A stretch of DNA of 64,000 nucleotides, from positions 343,177 through 407,176 of the forward strand of contig CAZKRY010000001.1 of NCBI GenBank assembly GCA_964555355.1, read 5' to 3'. Positions 37,529 to 48,915 of the stretch are shown here, in pieces. The position numbers and the translations under genes were made by a program. Every line of letters starts with the position of its first letter. Within the stretch, counting starts at the first letter, position 1. The notes beneath the pieces are model-generated. The model worked only from the letters and a program-made list of their open reading frames with translations. It was not told the DNA's origin and ran no database searches. This stretch comes from an uncultured Klebsiella sp. GTDB taxonomy: Bacteria; Pseudomonadota; Gammaproteobacteria; Ga0077536.

Positions 37529-38389
37529 CTAAGGCCTAAAGTCTTGTTTGCTGGTGCCGCGGTACAAGGTTTGTGCTTGTGCGCCGGTGACCTCGCGATG
37601 ATGTGCCACTGCTTCCGGCGCAAAGTCGTAAGCCGGCGCGCGTTCCGGTGAAAAATGTTTGAAATCATCCACCCCGCGCACCAACACCGCCGAGTCCTGC
37701 GCGCCAGCGACTTGCCGCACATGGGTCGGAATGTAACGAATCGCGAAACCAATCCGCCGATCGTCACTCCGATTGGGTTCGGAGCCATGTACCAATAACA
37801 CGTGATGCAGCGACATTTCGCCAGGCGCCAGTATGAGATCGACCGCGGATGCTTCTTCTACGTCCACCATGACTTCCTGTCCACGCGTTAACAGGTTATT
37901 GGTGTCGAAAGTATCCCGATGAGCGACTTGCGTCTGATGGGAACCCGGAACGACCCGCATGGCGCCGGATTCTTTGGTACTCGGGGACAGCGCGATCCAA
38001 GCCGTCGCGACCAGTGGCTCGCTCAAACCCCAATAGGTTGCATCCTGATGCCAAGACACGAACGATGGATCGTGCGCTTCTTTCACGAAGAACGAACTGG
38101 ACCAACACAAAAGATTAGAGCCGAGCAGGTCTTCGATCGGATCGAGAATTCGTGGGTGGAAGATTAACTCCCATAGCCACGGAAAGAGCAGATGCGCCTT
38201 ATGCCGTTGATGGCCGGATAAAACCTGTCCGGCGGCACGCTCATGCGCCTCGAGCTTGGCGCGCAAGGTTGCTGCTTCCTGGGCAGAGAGCACCGGCACG
38301 GGATGAAAGTACCCGGCCGCTTGATATTGCGCGATGCCCGCGCTCGATAAGGCGCGCGGCGTGGTGGTGGCGAGTCGAGAAGCGGTCAT
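37529..38389 (-). CDS. Phytanoyl-CoA dioxygenase (PhyH)-family Fe(II)/2-oxoglutarate oxygenase
   Basis: The WHQDATYW motif and downstream His of the HxD..H facial triad, characteristic of the PhyH family. Confidence 0.75.
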   Translation of the reverse strand: MTASRLATTTPRALSSAGIAQYQAAGYFHPVPVLSAQEAATLRAKLEAHERAAGQVLSGHQRHKAHLLFPWLWELIFHPRILDPIEDLLGSNLLCWSSSFFVKEAHDPSFVSWHQDATYWGLSEPLVATAWIALSPSTKESGAMRVVPGSHQTQVAHRDTFDTNNLLTRGQEVMVDVEEASAVDLILAPGEMSLHHVLLVHGSEPNRSDDRRIGFAIRYIPTHVRQVAGAQDSAVLVRGVDDFKHFSPERAPAYDFAPEAVAHHREVTGAQAQTLYRGTSKQDFRP

Positions 38390-38494
38390 TAGTCAGTTTC
38401 CTCCGACAAACGCGGCCGCCTTATTGTTGGGCAACCGTTGCCGATTGGAAAGCGACACGTTTTTGCGGATGATGGCGTTATTCAGTAGGAGCCC

Positions 38495-39073
38495 ATGCCC
38501 ATGAGCCGACCCCATAATTTTGCCCACGTCGTTTACCGCACACGTAATTTCGAGCGCATGTTGGATTGGTATCTGCGGGTATTCGAGGCCAAAGTTCAGT
38601 TCCAATCGCCGGTTTTGGCGTTTCTCACTTATGACGAAGAGCACCATCGCTTCGCGTTGGTCAACCTGGCGTTACTCGCACCCGACGCACCGCCGCTCAA
38701 TCCCCCGGCAAGTGCGACCGTCGAACACGTTGCTTATGGATTTAAGACGCTGCACGACCTGATGACGCATTACACCCGCTTGAAGGAACAAGGCATCAAG
38801 CCGTACTGGGCGATTCATCACGGGATCACCATTTCACTGTATTACGGCGATCCGGATGGCAATCAGATGGAGTTTCAAACGGATTGTTTCGGCTCCAATG
38901 ACGAAGCCAATGCCTTCATGTACGGTCCGGATTTCGCGAAAAACCCAATCGGTGTCGAATATGATCCCGATGCCATGGCGGCGGCGGTGCTGGGCGGCGC
39001 GCCCGCGAGCCAATTCGCGCGGCGACCGGATGGCCCAATGTCGCCGATCCGCAGCGCCGCCAAGCAACTGTGA
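38495..39073 (+). CDS. VOC-family (glyoxalase/bleomycin-resistance/extradiol dioxygenase-fold) protein
   Basis: Two βαβββ modules (HVVYRTRNFERMLDWY...; HVAYGFKTLHDLM...). Confidence 0.6.
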   Translation: MPMSRPHNFAHVVYRTRNFERMLDWYLRVFEAKVQFQSPVLAFLTYDEEHHRFALVNLALLAPDAPPLNPPASATVEHVAYGFKTLHDLMTHYTRLKEQGIKPYWAIHHGITISLYYGDPDGNQMEFQTDCFGSNDEANAFMYGPDFAKNPIGVEYDPDAMAAAVLGGAPASQFARRPDGPMSPIRSAAKQL

Positions 39074-39285
39074 GGCAGCCGTGAGGCGTGCGAAAAACTG
39101 CTGCGGGAGAACGCGCGAGCAGGTATAAAGACTGGATGGTTGCGCGGTGCTTTTGCATATCGGTTCGGAATAGCCTATTTAGGCCCGCGGGCTTGATCTG
39201 ACGTCCCCTTGGTGATTGCGCTGCGCGCCGCTGCGTGCAGGCAGCCGTGCGAGCGGGACACAAAACATAAAACGGGAGGTAACCC

Positions 39286-40149
39286 TTGTTGACTTACAAT
39301 TGCCCCACCAGCGTTGACGAAGCCGTCGCTTTGTTGAGTGCGGGACCCACACGCCGCGTACTCGCCGGTGGCACCGATTTGCTGGTGCAATTACGCGCAC
39401 ATCGTGTGCAGGCCGACGGTATCGTCGATATCAAACGGATTCCAGAACTCAAACGCATTACGGCCGAACCAGGCGGATTTCGTGTCGGTGCGGCGGTATC
39501 GGGTGCCGAACTCGGCGAGCACCCGGCATTAAGCAAGATGTGGCCTGGGGTGGTTGAAGCCGCGAACCTCATCGGTTCGACCCAGATCCAAGGCCGCGCC
39601 AGCCTCGGCGGCAATTTATGCAATGCCTCGCCTGCCGCGGATAGCGTGCCGGCGCTGATTGCGGCGGGCGTGCGTTGCACGATAGCCGGTCCCAAAGGTC
39701 GCCGCGAGGCGCCGGTCGAAACGATTTGCACGAGTCCAGGCAAAACCAGTCTCGCCACCGGTGAATTCATCGTTGACTTCATCCTCCCGGCGCAAGCGGC
39801 ACACGGTGGGGATGCCTATCTACGGTTCATCCCGCGCACCGAGATGGATATCGCGGTCGTCGGTGCTGGTGTCTGCCTCGCGCTCGATGCAAAAGGTGTG
39901 GTGCAACAGGCCCGCGTTGCACTAGGCGCCGTCGCGCCACGCGCGTTGCTGGTGGAAGCCGCCGGTCGTGCGCTTATCGGCACGAAATTGGAACCTGCCG
40001 CAATGAGTGCGCTGGCGGCCGCCGCCAGCGCCGCGTGTGCGCCGATTAACGACAAACGCGGCACCATCGAATTTAGAACCCAAGTGGCAGGAGTCCTCGC
40101 CCGGCGCGCGGCTCAAATTGCCTATGACCGCGCAAGGAGAACCGCATGA
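39286..40149 (+). CDS. Molybdo-flavoprotein FAD-binding (medium) subunit, CoxM/XdhB-like
   Basis: FAD-binding domain of the molybdopterin dehydrogenases (LAGGTDLLVQ, ASLGGNLCNASP). TTG start with a GGGAGG ribosome-binding site. Confidence 0.8.
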   Translation: MLTYNCPTSVDEAVALLSAGPTRRVLAGGTDLLVQLRAHRVQADGIVDIKRIPELKRITAEPGGFRVGAAVSGAELGEHPALSKMWPGVVEAANLIGSTQIQGRASLGGNLCNASPAADSVPALIAAGVRCTIAGPKGRREAPVETICTSPGKTSLATGEFIVDFILPAQAAHGGDAYLRFIPRTEMDIAVVGAGVCLALDAKGVVQQARVALGAVAPRALLVEAAGRALIGTKLEPAAMSALAAAASAACAPINDKRGTIEFRTQVAGVLARRAAQIAYDRARRTA

Positions 40150-40622
40150 GCAAACATCACGTTGCCGCGAAAGTGAATGGCGACCCTGTCGAATTTTTGT
40201 GTGAAACCGAACAAACGCTGCTGGATGTTCTGCGCGATGAACTGGGGCTTACGGGTTCAAAAGAAGGCTGTGGCTCGGGCGATTGTGGCGCCTGCAGCGT
40301 GCGCGTCGACGGTCGTTTGGTGTGCGCTTGTTTGGTGCTTGGCGCCGAAGTCAACGGCTGCAAGATAGACACCATCGAAGGTGTCGCGCAGGGCGCGGAA
40401 CTTCACCCCTTACAGCAGGTCTTTCTTGAAGAGGCAGCGTTGCAATGTGGGATCTGCACGCCGGGGATTATCGTCGCGGCCAAGGCGCTGCTCGAGAAGA
40501 ACCCTGACCCATCCGAAACCGAGATCCGCTTTTGGCTTGCCGGTAACCTGTGCCGTTGCACGGGGTACGACAAAATCGTGCGGGCAGTACAGAAAGCAGC
40601 AACCGTCATGAGGAGCGCATAA
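40146..40622 (+). CDS. [2Fe-2S]-binding (small) subunit, CoxS-like
   Basis: Two Cys clusters ([11 protein letters not shown]; CGICTPG...CRCTGY). Overlaps the medium-subunit gene stop. Confidence 0.85.
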   Translation: MSKHHVAAKVNGDPVEFLCETEQTLLDVLRDELGLTGSKEGCGSGDCGACSVRVDGRLVCACLVLGAEVNGCKIDTIEGVAQGAELHPLQQVFLEEAALQCGICTPGIIVAAKALLEKNPDPSETEIRFWLAGNLCRCTGYDKIVRAVQKAATVMRSA

Positions 40623-40624
40623 AC

Positions 40625-42889
40625 ATGGGCAACGAAAAGCAATTCAAGTGGGTAGGCACCCGCCCGGTACGCCCGGATGGCGTCGACAAAGTCACCGGTC
40701 AAGCGACCTATGGCGCGGACTACAATCTGCCAGGCATGTTGACCGGCCGCGTGTTACGCAGTCCGCACCCGCATGCGCGCATCAAAGCGATCGATACGTC
40801 CAAGGCCGAAGCGCTGGCCGGCGTACGCGCGGTGGTGACCGCCGCCGATTTCCCGGAACTGCCGTCGGAACTTTCCACCGGTGGTGAAGTGCCGATCAAC
40901 TTTCGTTATGTCTCGGAAAACGCGATCGCGCGCCGTAAGGTGCTCTACGAAGGTCACGCCGTCGCCGCCGTCGCCGCCTCGACCCCTGCGATTGCCGAGC
41001 AGGCGTTGGGGCTCATCAAGGTGGACTACGAAATCCTGCCGCATGTCATCAACGTGCAAGACGCGATGAAAGCGAATGCACCGGTACTGCACGACGACCT
41101 CATGACAGCCAATGTCGATCCCAAACCGACCAAGGCGTCCAACGTCGCGGCGCGCGTTGAATTTGCGCTCGGCGATATCGACAAGGGTTTCGCGGAAGCC
41201 GAGGTCATCGTTGAACGCGAATACACCACCGAAGCCGTGCACCAAGGTTATATCGAACCGCATGCCTGCGTGGCGAGCGTCGCGGCCGATGGCATGGCAA
41301 CGGTGTGGTGCTCCAGCCAAGGGCAGTTCATGGTGCGTGAATTCTGCGCTAAATTGCTGAAGCTCGAGGGCGCCGCGTTGCGCGTCATTCCGGCCGAAAT
41401 CGGCGGCGGTTTCGGCGGCAAGACCACTGTGTATCTCGAACCGCTGGCGCTCGCGCTGTCGCGTAAATCCGGCCGGCCGGTCAAGATGGTCATGAACCGC
41501 GAAGAAGTTTTCCGCGCCTCGGGCCCCACCTCGGGTTCGCATCTGCGCTGCAAAATTGGCGCGAAGCGCGATGGCACGCTCGTCGCCGGGCATCTTGAAC
41601 TCGCTTATCAAGCCGGCGCGTTTCCGGGCTCGCCGTTCGGTCCTGGCTGCATGACGGGGTTCGCGCCGTACGATATGCCGAATGCCAAGGCCACTGGCTT
41701 TGATGTGGTGTCCAATCGCCCGAAATGCGCGGCCTATCGTGCACCGGGCGCGCCGATGGCCTCTTTCGCGGTGGAATCCACGCTCGATCAACTCGCCTTA
41801 CAGCTCGGTATCGATCCGCTTGAACTGCGTCTAAAGAACGCCGCCAAAGAAGGCACGCGTGCGATCTATGGCCCCAAGTTCCCGGTCATCGGCTATGTCG
41901 AAACGCTGCAAGCCGCGAAAGCGCATCCGCACTACAGCGCGCCGTTGAAACCCAACCAAGGCCGCGGCGTTGCCTCTGGCTTCTGGTTCAACATCGGCGG
42001 CCCGTCGAGTGCGGCCGTGCATGTGAACGAAGACGGCACGGTGGAAGTCGTGACCGGCAATCCGGATATCGGGGGCTCACGCGCCTCGATGGCCATCATG
42101 GCGGCGGAGGTGCTGGGCATTGATTACGCCAAGGTCAAACCCATCATCGGGGATACCGCCCAAGTCGGCTATAGCTTCTTGACCGGCGGCAGCCGGGTGA
42201 CCTTCGCCACCGGTAAAGCAGTGTGCGATGCGGCGTCGGACGTGGTCGAACAACTACGCGCCCGCGCGGCCAAGCTCTGGAAGTGCGAGCCGGACGAAGT
42301 GGTGTGGAAAGAGGGTGCTGCCCATCCGCGCGATGGCCAAACGGATACCCGCACGGTCCTGACGTTGAAAGACTTAGCGGCAAGCTCGAATAAAACCGGT
42401 GGTCCGATTTCCGGCAAGTCGACGCAGAACGTCGGCGGCGCGGGGGCGGGCTTCGGCACACACATCTGTGATGTGGAAGTCGATCCGGAGACTGGTCGGG
42501 TATCGGTCATTCGGTATACGGCGGTACAAGACGTCGGGCGGGCAATTCATCCGAGTTATGTCGAAGGCCAGATCCAAGGCGGCGCGGTACAAGGGATTGG
42601 CTGGGCATTGAATGAGGAATACGTCTACGACGACAAGGGTCACTTGCAGAATGCCGGGTTCCTGGATTACCGAATGCCGGTGGCCTCCGATCTCCCGATG
42701 ATCGACACGGTGATGGTGGAAGTGCCGAACCCGAATCATCCGTATGGGGTGCGGGGCGTGGGTGAAGTGCCGATCGTGCCGCCGTTGGCGGCGGTGGCGA
42801 ATGCGGTGTCGCGTGCCACCGGCGTGCGCATGGCGGACCTTCCCATCTCGCCGCCGCGTTTGTTGGCGGCGCTCAACAAGAAGGGCTAG
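40625..42889 (+). CDS. Molybdopterin-binding (large) subunit of a xanthine-dehydrogenase/CO-dehydrogenase-family hydroxylase, CoxL-like
   Basis: The start is set at ATG 40625 (MGNEKQF), 2 nt after the small-subunit stop. Aldehyde-oxidase/xanthine-dehydrogenase a/b hammerhead and MoCo-binding domains. Confidence 0.85.
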   Translation: MGNEKQFKWVGTRPVRPDGVDKVTGQATYGADYNLPGMLTGRVLRSPHPHARIKAIDTSKAEALAGVRAVVTAADFPELPSELSTGGEVPINFRYVSENAIARRKVLYEGHAVAAVAASTPAIAEQALGLIKVDYEILPHVINVQDAMKANAPVLHDDLMTANVDPKPTKASNVAARVEFALGDIDKGFAEAEVIVEREYTTEAVHQGYIEPHACVASVAADGMATVWCSSQGQFMVREFCAKLLKLEGAALRVIPAEIGGGFGGKTTVYLEPLALALSRKSGRPVKMVMNREEVFRASGPTSGSHLRCKIGAKRDGTLVAGHLELAYQAGAFPGSPFGPGCMTGFAPYDMPNAKATGFDVVSNRPKCAAYRAPGAPMASFAVESTLDQLALQLGIDPLELRLKNAAKEGTRAIYGPKFPVIGYVETLQAAKAHPHYSAPLKPNQGRGVASGFWFNIGGPSSAAVHVNEDGTVEVVTGNPDIGGSRASMAIMAAEVLGIDYAKVKPIIGDTAQVGYSFLTGGSRVTFATGKAVCDAASDVVEQLRARAAKLWKCEPDEVVWKEGAAHPRDGQTDTRTVLTLKDLAASSNKTGGPISGKSTQNVGGAGAGFGTHICDVEVDPETGRVSVIRYTAVQDVGRAIHPSYVEGQIQGGAVQGIGWALNEEYVYDDKGHLQNAGFLDYRMPVASDLPMIDTVMVEVPNPNHPYGVRGVGEVPIVPPLAAVANAVSRATGVRMADLPISPPRLLAALNKKG

Positions 42890-42902
42890 TCGCTCAGCCA
42901 GG

Positions 42903-43151
42903 ATGGCGACCGTCGTTCTACAGCCAGGCTTTGCGCGCCGCTATACCGGCGGCGCGCAAACCATCGACGTTAACGCCCGTAGTTATCAAACGCTCATCGA
43001 GGAACTCGATGAGCGTTTTCCAGGTTTCGCCGATGCAGTCGCCGTGCGCACCGCGGTCGCGATTGATGGCGAAATTTTCCAAGATCCCTTGCTTGAACCG
43101 ATCGCACCCCATAGCGAAGTGTTTTTCCTGCCGGCACTCGAAGGCGGCTAA
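42903..43151 (+). CDS. MoaD/ThiS-like ubiquitin-fold sulfur-carrier-type protein ending in Gly-Gly
   Basis: 82 aa from the internal ATG 42903. The C-terminus is ...FFLPALEGG followed by stop, the diagnostic C-terminal GG. Sits directly downstream of the Mo-large-subunit gene. Confidence 0.5.
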   Translation: MATVVLQPGFARRYTGGAQTIDVNARSYQTLIEELDERFPGFADAVAVRTAVAIDGEIFQDPLLEPIAPHSEVFFLPALEGG

Positions 43152-43295
43152 CCGCCGTTTCCCCGTCTGCCGACCTGTGTCGCGGTTCACAGCGCGGCGC
43201 TGAGCGACACCGCGATTTGCGAATTCGCGCAACAGTTCAAACCTCGTTCGCCGCTACAGTCTTGACCCATCAAGAAGTCACTGCTGCTAAGGCTA

Positions 43296-45722
43296 ATGCT
43301 GCATCACGTTTTTGAGAACACCGACTATCTAGCTTTCGCGCTATGCGCGCTCGGCACTTTTGCCGCCCTGCATGTTTGGTTAGTCCGGCGCGGCGCGGCC
43401 GGCTTACCGCTCAAGCTCGTTGTATTGGTGCTGGGGTTGCTCATCATCGGGGGCGCGGCGGTCGATCATACCGGCCACCGCGCGGCGGACAAATTACAGC
43501 GCGCAATTACCGGCATGGCGCCCACCTACGCGCTCGAAATCGAACGGCTTGGGCATGCGCACGTAACGCTCGCCACTCCGGCAGACGATCCCGCCTACCG
43601 CGCGATCATCGACGCGCAACTTCGTTGGTTAGCGGTGAACCCCAACGTCAACGATATCTACACATTTCGGGTGGTGGACGACCAAACGGTCGCACTGATT
43701 GTCGACTCGGAAACTGACTACAACCGGGATGGCCGTTTCAATGGCGAGCGTGAGGTGCGCACCGCCATCGGCGAAACATTGGAGGTAAGCAGCCCCCTAA
43801 TCCGCGCGGCTCTGAGCGGACGCGGTGGGCTCGATCCCGAGACGTACACCGATCGTTGGGGCACCTGGGTTAGCGCTTATTGGCCGCTCCGAAATTCTGT
43901 CGGTGCGGTGGAAGCGGTGCTGGGCGTCGATTTCCAAGCGACCAATTGGCTTATGGAAATCCGAAATGCACGGCTTGCGGGCATGGCGTCGGTCGCGATC
44001 GTGCTCCTCATTTTGTTTGCCGCGGCAGCATTGGCTTCGATGCAACGTATGGAAATTAAGTCCCGCGAACGAATTGCGGATGCGTTACGTGCGGCACGCG
44101 ATGCGGCGGAGAGCGCGAGCGCGCTTAAGAGTCAATTCTTAGCGTGCATGAGCCATGAAATTCGCACACCGATGAACGGTGTCATGGGTGTTACCGAGTT
44201 ACTGCTGGAAACCAAATTGGATACAAAACAACGCGAGTTTAGTAATTTGATTTATCGCTCCGCCGCGACACTGTTGAGCGTTATCAACGACGTTCTTGAT
44301 TACTCTAAAATCGAGGCAGACAAACTATCGCTGGAAAACTCCGAATTCGACCCACGCGAGACGATTGAAGACATCGGCGAACTCTTGTCGACTCAAGCAC
44401 ATCACAAAGGTCTGCGGCTCAATTTGGATATTTCACCCGATTTACCAACGAGCCTAATCGGCGACGCCGGCCGCCTGCGGCAAGTTTTAATCAACCTGGT
44501 CGGCAACGCCGTCAAATTTACCGAGCGAGGAGAGGTCGATGTGATCTGCGCATGGCGCGCAGTCGCGCACACTGTCACGCTACGCTGCGAAGTACGCGAC
44601 ACCGGCGCCGGCATCGAAACGGCGGCGCTAGAGACCTTGTTCGAACCGTTTGTGCAGGCGGATAGCTCAATTACGCGCCGTTACGGCGGGACGGGACTCG
44701 GGCTTACCATTTCCAAACGGTTAGTCGAATTGATGGGCGGTCAGATCGTTTGCGAGTCGGCGCCCGGGCAGGGCACCAAGTTCATCATCGAAGTACCGTT
44801 CGAGCGCGGCATTACCACGCCTACCGGCCTTGAACCCCGTGCGGGGGCTAGAGACTTACGTGGCGTACGGGTGTTGGTGGTCGACGATAACGATACCAAT
44901 CGCGAGATTCTCGAACATCTAATGGCCGCCTGGGGCATGCGCGCGACCAGTGCGAGTTCGGCGCAAGATGCGCTCACGCTAATCGCAGCCGCCAATGCGC
45001 TTGGTGAACCGTATCAACTCGCCGTACTCGATCGTGATATGCCGGGCCGCGACGGCCTCCAACTCACGACCAGCATCCGCGCTGATCCGGCGAACATCGG
45101 CATGAAGCTTTTAATGTTAAGTTCAGCGAGCGATCTCGGAGATACAGCGCAGTGGCGTGCGGTGGGTATCAATGTCTATCTAACGAAACCCGTGCGGCAT
45201 GCCGCGCTCTTTCGCGCGCTGTGCAATTTGCTCCGTGTGGCGACTGAAGATCAGTCGTTGCTCAAGACCTGGTCAACGGCGCAACCGATTGCAAAAACCG
45301 AACTTTTCGCCGGCGAACTTCTGCTCGCCGAAGACAACGCCGTGAATCAAATTATCGCGGTCGAAATGCTAACCGCGCTTGGCTTCACGGTGACCGCGGT
45401 GGAAGACGGTCAGGCGGCGCTCGAGGCAATCGTCGCCGCGCCGTTACGCTTCCAAGCAGTACTGATGGATTGCGAAATGCCGCGACTGGACGGCCGCTCG
45501 GCGACTGCAAAAATTCGCGCCTTTGAATTCTCCACCGGCCACCCCCGGCTGCCGATTATCGCGCTCACCGCGCATGCCGCGGATAGCGATCGCGGTGCTT
45601 GCCTCGGGGCCGGGATGGATGACTATCTCTCCAAACCCTTCACCCAAGCGCAGCTGGCCGAGACCTTGGCGCGTTGGTGCGCGGAGACCCCGAGTACTAC
45701 GACCAAAGCGGTCGCTGCTTAA
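43296..45722 (+). CDS. Hybrid sensor histidine kinase with a periplasmic sensor domain and two C-terminal receiver domains
   Basis: Two transmembrane segments flank a ~200-aa periplasmic region. HisKA H-box [12 protein letters not shown], HATPase_c N/G-boxes, then two REC domains ([10 protein letters not shown]...; [10 protein letters not shown]... with conserved Asp). Confidence 0.85.
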   Translation: MLHHVFENTDYLAFALCALGTFAALHVWLVRRGAAGLPLKLVVLVLGLLIIGGAAVDHTGHRAADKLQRAITGMAPTYALEIERLGHAHVTLATPADDPAYRAIIDAQLRWLAVNPNVNDIYTFRVVDDQTVALIVDSETDYNRDGRFNGEREVRTAIGETLEVSSPLIRAALSGRGGLDPETYTDRWGTWVSAYWPLRNSVGAVEAVLGVDFQATNWLMEIRNARLAGMASVAIVLLILFAAAALASMQRMEIKSRERIADALRAARDAAESASALKSQFLACMSHEIRTPMNGVMGVTELLLETKLDTKQREFSNLIYRSAATLLSVINDVLDYSKIEADKLSLENSEFDPRETIEDIGELLSTQAHHKGLRLNLDISPDLPTSLIGDAGRLRQVLINLVGNAVKFTERGEVDVICAWRAVAHTVTLRCEVRDTGAGIETAALETLFEPFVQADSSITRRYGGTGLGLTISKRLVELMGGQIVCESAPGQGTKFIIEVPFERGITTPTGLEPRAGARDLRGVRVLVVDDNDTNREILEHLMAAWGMRATSASSAQDALTLIAAANALGEPYQLAVLDRDMPGRDGLQLTTSIRADPANIGMKLLMLSSASDLGDTAQWRAVGINVYLTKPVRHAALFRALCNLLRVATEDQSLLKTWSTAQPIAKTELFAGELLLAEDNAVNQIIAVEMLTALGFTVTAVEDGQAALEAIVAAPLRFQAVLMDCEMPRLDGRSATAKIRAFEFSTGHPRLPIIALTAHAADSDRGACLGAGMDDYLSKPFTQAQLAETLARWCAETPSTTTKAVAA

Positions 45723-45734
45723 GCGCGAATTGTG

Positions 45735-45762
45735 CGACCTGGCGCGCGGAGGCGCTTTTTTT
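45735..45762 (+). terminator. Putative intrinsic terminator for the histidine-kinase gene
   Basis: A GC-rich dyad (gcgcGGAGgcgc and the flanking gcgcg/cgcgc) is followed by a T7 run at 45756-45762, 13 nt after the kinase stop. The stem is short, so this is tentative. Confidence 0.4.
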
Positions 45763-45770
45763 AGAGCTCG

Positions 45771-47660
45771 TTAACGCAACGCCGGCCGCGCGATCCCGAG
45801 CTTTCTGATCCGGTAGCGCAGCGTGCTGGGATGCATATTGAGCAGTGCCGCCGCGCCGGTCGGGCCTTCGATGATCCAGTGTGCTTTTTCAAGCATCGCG
45901 CGAATATGCGCGCGTTCTACGTCTTCTAGACTGTCCGAGCTTACCAGCGTCTCGACTGGCGACGGAAGCGTAGGGTTATCGTGGAGACCGGGCAACATGT
46001 CGGCATCGACCGTCAACGTTATCCCGTCACTTAAGATAAGCGCGCGTTCGATAACATTCTCAAGCTCCCGAACATTGCCCGGCCATTGATACGCGCGTAG
46101 TCGTTGTAAGGACGCGGGATCAACCGACTGCACGCGCAAGCCAAGCTTTGGTCCAAGTTTTTCTAGCAGGTGCTGAACAAGCGCCGGGATGTCTTCGCGC
46201 CGCTCGCGCAACGGCGGCAATTGCACCGGAAACACGTTCAACCGGTAATAGAGATCCTCGCGGAAAGTTCGGTCTTGCACCGCCTGCTGCAAATCACGAT
46301 TGGTCGCGGCGATGACTCGGATATCGACCTTAAGCGGCCGTTCGCCACCCACGCGTTCAAACTCGCGCTCTTGCAACACGCGTAACAGTTTCGCCTGCAT
46401 ATCGAGCGGCAGTTCGCCAATTTCATCCAAGAAGAGCGTACCGCCGTCCGCCAATTCAAAGCGACCTTGGCGGCGCGCAATCGCACCGGTAAATGCGCCT
46501 TTCTCGTGACCAAAGAGCTCGCTTTCGAGCAAATGCGTGGGCAGCGCCGCACAGTTCACTTTGATCAGCGGCTTGTCGCGTCGCGGGCTCGCCGAATGTA
46601 TGGCGCGCGCGATGAGTTCTTTACCGGTGCCGGTTTCGCCCCATACCAGCACCGTCGCGTCGGTGGCAGCGACTCTCTCGATCCCTTTCAACAACCTAGT
46701 TAGCGCGGAACTACTGCCCACGATCTCGTCAAAGTTGTGGACGGCTTTAATTTCATCTTGCAGATATCGATTTTGGGCCTGCAAGCGGGCTTGCTCTTGC
46801 TCCATCAACACACGCGAAGTGATATCTAGAAACATCGTGCGTGTGAATTGGCCGCTCGGATCAGGTCGTGACCACCACTCGATCCACAATGGCTTGCCGG
46901 TATCTTTACGACTCAGCTCAAGCACGACGCCGCTGGTATCGACTCCGCGGCCAATCGATTCGAACGCCATCTGCAGGCGCTGCTGCGCTTCGGGAGTGTT
47001 CGGCGCCAATGATTTGCCGCGCATGCCGGCGACTTCGTCGGGGCGTATGCCAAGCACCTTTAGCGCCGTGCGGTTGGCGCGGATGAAACGCGAATCGAGA
47101 TCTTCGTGCACGTACGCGATCGGCGCTTCTTCAAAGAGATCGTCCAAGCGGGCCTCGCTTAAGCGCAGCGCCTCCTCCATGCGCAAACGTTCGAATTCGC
47201 TGGATGCGCGCGCGGCGAATATCTGGAACAAATAAAGCAACGAGTCACTATCCGGCATCGGCCGGTCGTCGAACACCGCCATATGGCCGATGACTTCGCC
47301 GGTCGCGGCGCGCAGCGGCACCCCAAGGTAACTCTCAACTCCAGGCTCGTTGGGAAAGCGCTGCGACACGCCGGAGGGGTAATGACAGAACTGGCCGCCG
47401 ACTACTTCCTCGCATGGCGTGCCGACCAATGGCCATTCAACATCGTCGAGAAAGTGATCACGCTCCCAAAAGACCACCGCGCGCACGCGCGTTCGGTCTT
47501 CGGCAAAGCGGGCGACGAAGGCATTGCGCACGCCGGTCGCAATGGCCAGGTTTCTTACTAGTTCGTGGAAAAAGGCGTCACCGGTAACGCCCGCGGTGCC
47601 TTCGAAAATCGCGCGCAGCGTTTCGAGTTCGAGCGCGGAATGGGCGGGAATGTCAGCCAT
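45771..47660 (-). CDS. Sigma-54-dependent transcriptional activator (bacterial enhancer-binding protein) with N-terminal GAF and PAS sensor domains and a C-terminal Fis-type HTH
   Basis: AAA+ sigma-54 interaction domain ([14 protein letters not shown] loop, [15 protein letters not shown]) and a C-terminal HTH ([18 protein letters not shown]). Confidence 0.85.
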   Translation of the reverse strand: MADIPAHSALELETLRAIFEGTAGVTGDAFFHELVRNLAIATGVRNAFVARFAEDRTRVRAVVFWERDHFLDDVEWPLVGTPCEEVVGGQFCHYPSGVSQRFPNEPGVESYLGVPLRAATGEVIGHMAVFDDRPMPDSDSLLYLFQIFAARASSEFERLRMEEALRLSEARLDDLFEEAPIAYVHEDLDSRFIRANRTALKVLGIRPDEVAGMRGKSLAPNTPEAQQRLQMAFESIGRGVDTSGVVLELSRKDTGKPLWIEWWSRPDPSGQFTRTMFLDITSRVLMEQEQARLQAQNRYLQDEIKAVHNFDEIVGSSSALTRLLKGIERVAATDATVLVWGETGTGKELIARAIHSASPRRDKPLIKVNCAALPTHLLESELFGHEKGAFTGAIARRQGRFELADGGTLFLDEIGELPLDMQAKLLRVLQEREFERVGGERPLKVDIRVIAATNRDLQQAVQDRTFREDLYYRLNVFPVQLPPLRERREDIPALVQHLLEKLGPKLGLRVQSVDPASLQRLRAYQWPGNVRELENVIERALILSDGITLTVDADMLPGLHDNPTLPSPVETLVSSDSLEDVERAHIRAMLEKAHWIIEGPTGAAALLNMHPSTLRYRIRKLGIARPALR

Positions 47661-47672
47661 CTGCGTGCCGGC

Positions 47673-48899
47673 TCAATGCCGGATCAACCGCACCGGAAGA
47701 TGTTTTAGCCCACCGACGAAGCTGGATTGCACGCGCTCCACCGAGCCGGTGATTTCAACGCCTGCATAACGTTCCATCAACTCTTCCATCGCGATGCGGA
47801 TTTCGACTTTGGCGAGCGGTCCGCCCAAACAAAAATGCGGTCCTGCCCCAAAACCCAAATGGAGGTTGGGGTGGCGCGTGATGTCGAACTTGTACGGCTC
47901 TTCGAACACTTCCTCATCGCGATTGGCAGACGGGAACCACAGCAGGAGACGATCACCGGTTTTGATACGGTGGCCGCGGAGTTCGGTATCGCGCGTCGCG
48001 ACGCGCATCAACGAAATCACCGGATCCGACCAGCGCACGAACTCTTCAACCCCAAGTCGTAAGCGCTTCGGATCTTCCCGCAACAACGCCATTTGCGCGG
48101 GATTCTGCAGTAACGCAAGCACCCCACCGGAAAACGCGTTGCGGGTGGTCTCGAACCCCGCAAGCATCAACTGCACGCCGTTGTGCGCGACTTGCGAGTG
48201 CGGTAGCGGCTGATCGAACACCATCGCATTGGCAAGCATCGTTAGTGGATCCGAAAACGGACAGCCTCGGCGCGCATTCGCCTGCTGCAAACTGTAGTCG
48301 AATAATTGTTGGAAACCGCAGCTCACGGTTTCGGCCGCCGAGCGACCCTGCCGGTATTCGGGATCGGTGCCGCCGATCGCCATCTTGCCCCAGCCTAGTA
48401 GTTGGTCCCAGTGTGCAGGCGGAAGTTGCAAAATTTCGCAGATCACCGCCATCGGAATTTTAACCGCCAGATCGCTCACCAAATCGATCTCGCCGTGCGC
48501 GGGTAAGCCGTCAAAGATCTTGCCGATTAATTCCTTGGTCCGAGCTTCGCCATCCGCCAATGCCTTTGGCATGAATGGCGCCGACATGACCTTACGGACT
48601 TCAGTGTGGCGTGGTGGATCAATGGTCAGCACATTCTCACCGACACCCATCGCATCACCCGCGATGGCGGCCATCTCATCATCGATAACGGGCATGACGC
48701 CTTCGCGTTCGGAGGAAAATAGTTCGGGTTCGTTCAAGATGTGTTTTAGGTCGGCGTGCTTGAACACCGACCAGTAACCGCGACCATCGGGACTCGTCGT
48801 CCAATGCACCGGATTGTCGCGCCGCATGCGGTCGAAGAGCCGATAGTACTCATCGGTGGCGAAGAACGTGGGATCGTTTAACTGATCATCAACGCGCAT
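47673..48899 (-). CDS. Cytochrome P450
   Basis: Heme-binding loop FGAGPHFCLG, ExxR (ETTR), I-helix AGFETT. The start is set at the internal ATG (MRVDDQL), 14 nt downstream of the SDR stop. Confidence 0.85.
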   Translation of the reverse strand: MRVDDQLNDPTFFATDEYYRLFDRMRRDNPVHWTTSPDGRGYWSVFKHADLKHILNEPELFSSEREGVMPVIDDEMAAIAGDAMGVGENVLTIDPPRHTEVRKVMSAPFMPKALADGEARTKELIGKIFDGLPAHGEIDLVSDLAVKIPMAVICEILQLPPAHWDQLLGWGKMAIGGTDPEYRQGRSAAETVSCGFQQLFDYSLQQANARRGCPFSDPLTMLANAMVFDQPLPHSQVAHNGVQLMLAGFETTRNAFSGGVLALLQNPAQMALLREDPKRLRLGVEEFVRWSDPVISLMRVATRDTELRGHRIKTGDRLLLWFPSANRDEEVFEEPYKFDITRHPNLHLGFGAGPHFCLGGPLAKVEIRIAMEELMERYAGVEITGSVERVQSSFVGGLKHLPVRLIRH

Positions 48900-48915
48900 G
48901 CATGTTTCTCCTGCG

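Noticed and set aside
40754-41791. 345-aa antisense ORF within the CoxL-like large-subunit gene
   Set aside because: Extremely Arg/Gly/His-rich with no motif. The opposite strand encodes a well-conserved molybdopterin-binding subunit. It is a GC-bias artefact.
43255-43295. TTGACC…TAAGGCT sigma-70-like hexamers just upstream of the hybrid histidine-kinase gene
   Set aside because: The -10 candidate is a poor match (3/6), and the spacing would place the transcription start inside the ribosome-binding site and start-codon region. Not convincing without experimental data.
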